From Chitinivibrionales bacterium (GTDB taxonomy: Bacteria > Fibrobacterota > Chitinivibrionia > Chitinivibrionales > WJKA01), in the NCBI GenBank assembly GCA_038247415.1, contig JBBRUX010000016.1, positions 1-64,000 of the forward strand: a stretch of DNA of 64,000 nucleotides. Reading direction: 5' to 3'. The notes under the pieces were generated by a model that was not told the origin of the DNA, searched no databases, and saw nothing but the letters and a program-made list of their open reading frames with translations. The translations under genes were made by a program, and so were the position numbers. Positions within the stretch are counted from its first letter, which is position 1, and each line of letters begins with the position of its first letter. Below are positions 62,259-64,000 of the stretch, piece after piece.

Positions 62259-62850
62259 AAAATTATCAAAAAGTAAGACTTTTCCAAACAGCTCTCGTTT
62301 TTTTGATAATAATATTCCAATATGCGTGGTCACAGAATTGTAAGGTGCAGTGTGGAGCTGCCGATAGTTGTATAAAAATCCTCAAGCCATTGCGTGGAGA
62401 AGTTTACCAAGAAGGACGCGAGCTGCTGGTGCAGTTTGCAGTTGGCCCGCAGAGTTTAGATATTGCCGAGTTGTTTCTCTATAGCGATTCTGGTAAGACA
62501 AAATGCTCAAGCCTTACGAGATCTCCTTTTACAATTGCAAAATATTCAACTGCTTGCTATATTAGGATTATGCCCTATGCCAGCGACGGCCGCCGCCCGC
62601 CACAAGGGCAAACTGAAGGGTTCTTTACGATACAAAAGGCTAATAAAACCACGTGCGGAATATATTTTCGGTAGGAAATAGCTTTGCTTTGGCTAATCCA
62701 GATTCTAAAATGTTTGACATAATGGGACATTTGGTTGCTAAAAATTACAACTCAATTGATAACAAGAGCACTCTTGGATCTGGTGCATTTTTTGTGTCCA
62801 TGAAAGCAAATTTGCTGCTGACTGGACTCCCACGGTTGATATTGCGTTAA
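62252..62850 (+). pseudogene. Frameshifted secreted protein with sorting-signal-like C-terminus
   Basis: Signal peptide in 62252..62674; overlapping ORF 62653..62850 carries a MFDIMG.LV...GSGAFFV tail. Confidence 0.45.
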
Positions 62851-63099
62851 CTATCCACTCACCCGTTTTAAACAAAATTCGGTATATTTGTTTTGGGAAA
62901 TTAGCTAGTGCACGGCCTTACCCAACCGTAGTGGGCGCGAGCGATGCAAGAGACACGTGTGTTATTAACATAGAATAGCTGCATTAAGAAATTGAGCATA
63001 TTTTTATTCCTGTTATGCAAATAACTAGAACACTAATTCAGTAAAGTAAGCAGTAAAGTTGTTGGCCATTTTACCGGTATTGAAAGGCAAACGAATAGG

Positions 63100-63522
63100 A
63101 TGCGCGCAATGAAATTTAAAATCAGGACAAAAATAAAATCAGTAAGACTGTGGCAATATTCATTATTCCTTGGCTTTTTTATTTTAGCAAAGCCATCTAA
63201 AGCAGAAATAATCTTCGACTCCACAATTGCGCATTATGCGAATCTTTCAAGCACAGACACGATTTGTAAACACATCAAACGACTTCAAGACTTTAAAACC
63301 CGACTCTTAAATTTAGACATGATAGCATGGCCCGGTGGCGCATTCGGCTACCATTCAATTTTCAAGCGTACAGTAGCCGACCTCGTTGCGCAGAAATTGA
63401 ACGGTCCAAATCTCTCGCGGTTTCGATCTATTCATCAATTAAAACTTCCACATTCTTTAGAGCCACCTCGTAGGTCTCCCCGTCAGAGGCACAACCTACA
63501 AGTTCCGGAACTTCAGCAATAA
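63100..63522 (+). pseudogene. Possible remnant of an M28-family peptidase
   Basis: Signal peptide, then HIKRLQDFKTR abutting LNLDMIAW; non-protein-like tail. Confidence 0.4.
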
Positions 63523-63693
63523 ATGTCTGATCCTCATCGGACCAAAAAATTAAAACTTCTTATTTAACCACTTTTCAATACTCCTCAGCGATATCTTACT
63601 AAAACTTTCTTGACAAAAAAGACCTCGTAAGAGTACCTAGCCTTTTTTAGTAGGTGAAAATAAGGGAGCCTTGTTTGCAGTCCTACACCAGTC

Positions 63694-63984
63694 TCATTTC
63701 CGAAATTTCTCTGTAGTTTCTTCTACCGCTTGTTTTAAAGATGCCCATACTGATTCAATACCTTCTTTGATTGAACCCCAAGCGTGTTCGCCGGCTTTCT
63801 CTAGTTCAGAGATCTTTGCTTTGCCTTCTTCAAGCTTTTGTTCAAGCATAGCAATGTGGGTATTCATGTCGAGTTTAACTTCCTGGGCAGCATGGTCAGT
63901 GGTGCTTTTAAGTTTTTGAACTTCGGACTTCCACTGATTCAACTGGGCTTGTTTGAGGCGCAAAAACGCATTCTTCTCATTCAT
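63694..63984 (-). CDS. Small coiled-coil hypothetical protein
   Basis: 96 aa helical, AQL..W...L and AW..IK.G.E..W pattern; AAGGAG RBS. Confidence 0.75.
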   Translation of the reverse strand: MNEKNAFLRLKQAQLNQWKSEVQKLKSTTDHAAQEVKLDMNTHIAMLEQKLEEGKAKISELEKAGEHAWGSIKEGIESVWASLKQAVEETTEKFRK

Positions 63985-64000
63985 TTAATTCTCCTTAGTT

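Noticed and set aside
1..64000. CRISPR array, prophage, transposase or rRNA/tRNA genes
   Set aside because: No repeat-spacer pattern or hallmark sequence was seen by eye; dedicated scans were not run.

Overview
This is a gene-dense bacterial chromosome segment of about 60 genes. Gene content and style tentatively suggest a diderm such as Fibrobacterota/Chitinivibrionia, which is an unconfirmed inference. Core genes include rlmN, an MltD-like gene with sppA, a GldAFG-type ABC operon, a four-gene polyamine cluster, an S1-domain protein, galE, prfB with its +1 frameshift, a NamZ-MurU-AmgK peptidoglycan-salvage trio, glgX, dprA/ftsB-like/recO, hisS, rpiB and ffh-rpsP-rimM-trmD-rplS. Signalling genes include a REC-RsbW-like fusion, a STAS protein flanked by two 6-Cys domains, a hybrid kinase, tandem cNMP-binding proteins and a PAS-GGDEF cyclase. 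Accessory content: a hipBA module with four operator-like palindromes, a nonsense-interrupted Lgt fused to a beta-rich domain, and a dead BrnT toxin beside an intact antitoxin. It also holds a six-gene mevalonate operon in Borrelia-like order, flanked by decaying genes, and two families of small palindromic intergenic repeats. A 57-aa histone-H1-like gene missed by the ORF track is present. No rRNA, tRNA, CRISPR array or transposase was recognised.
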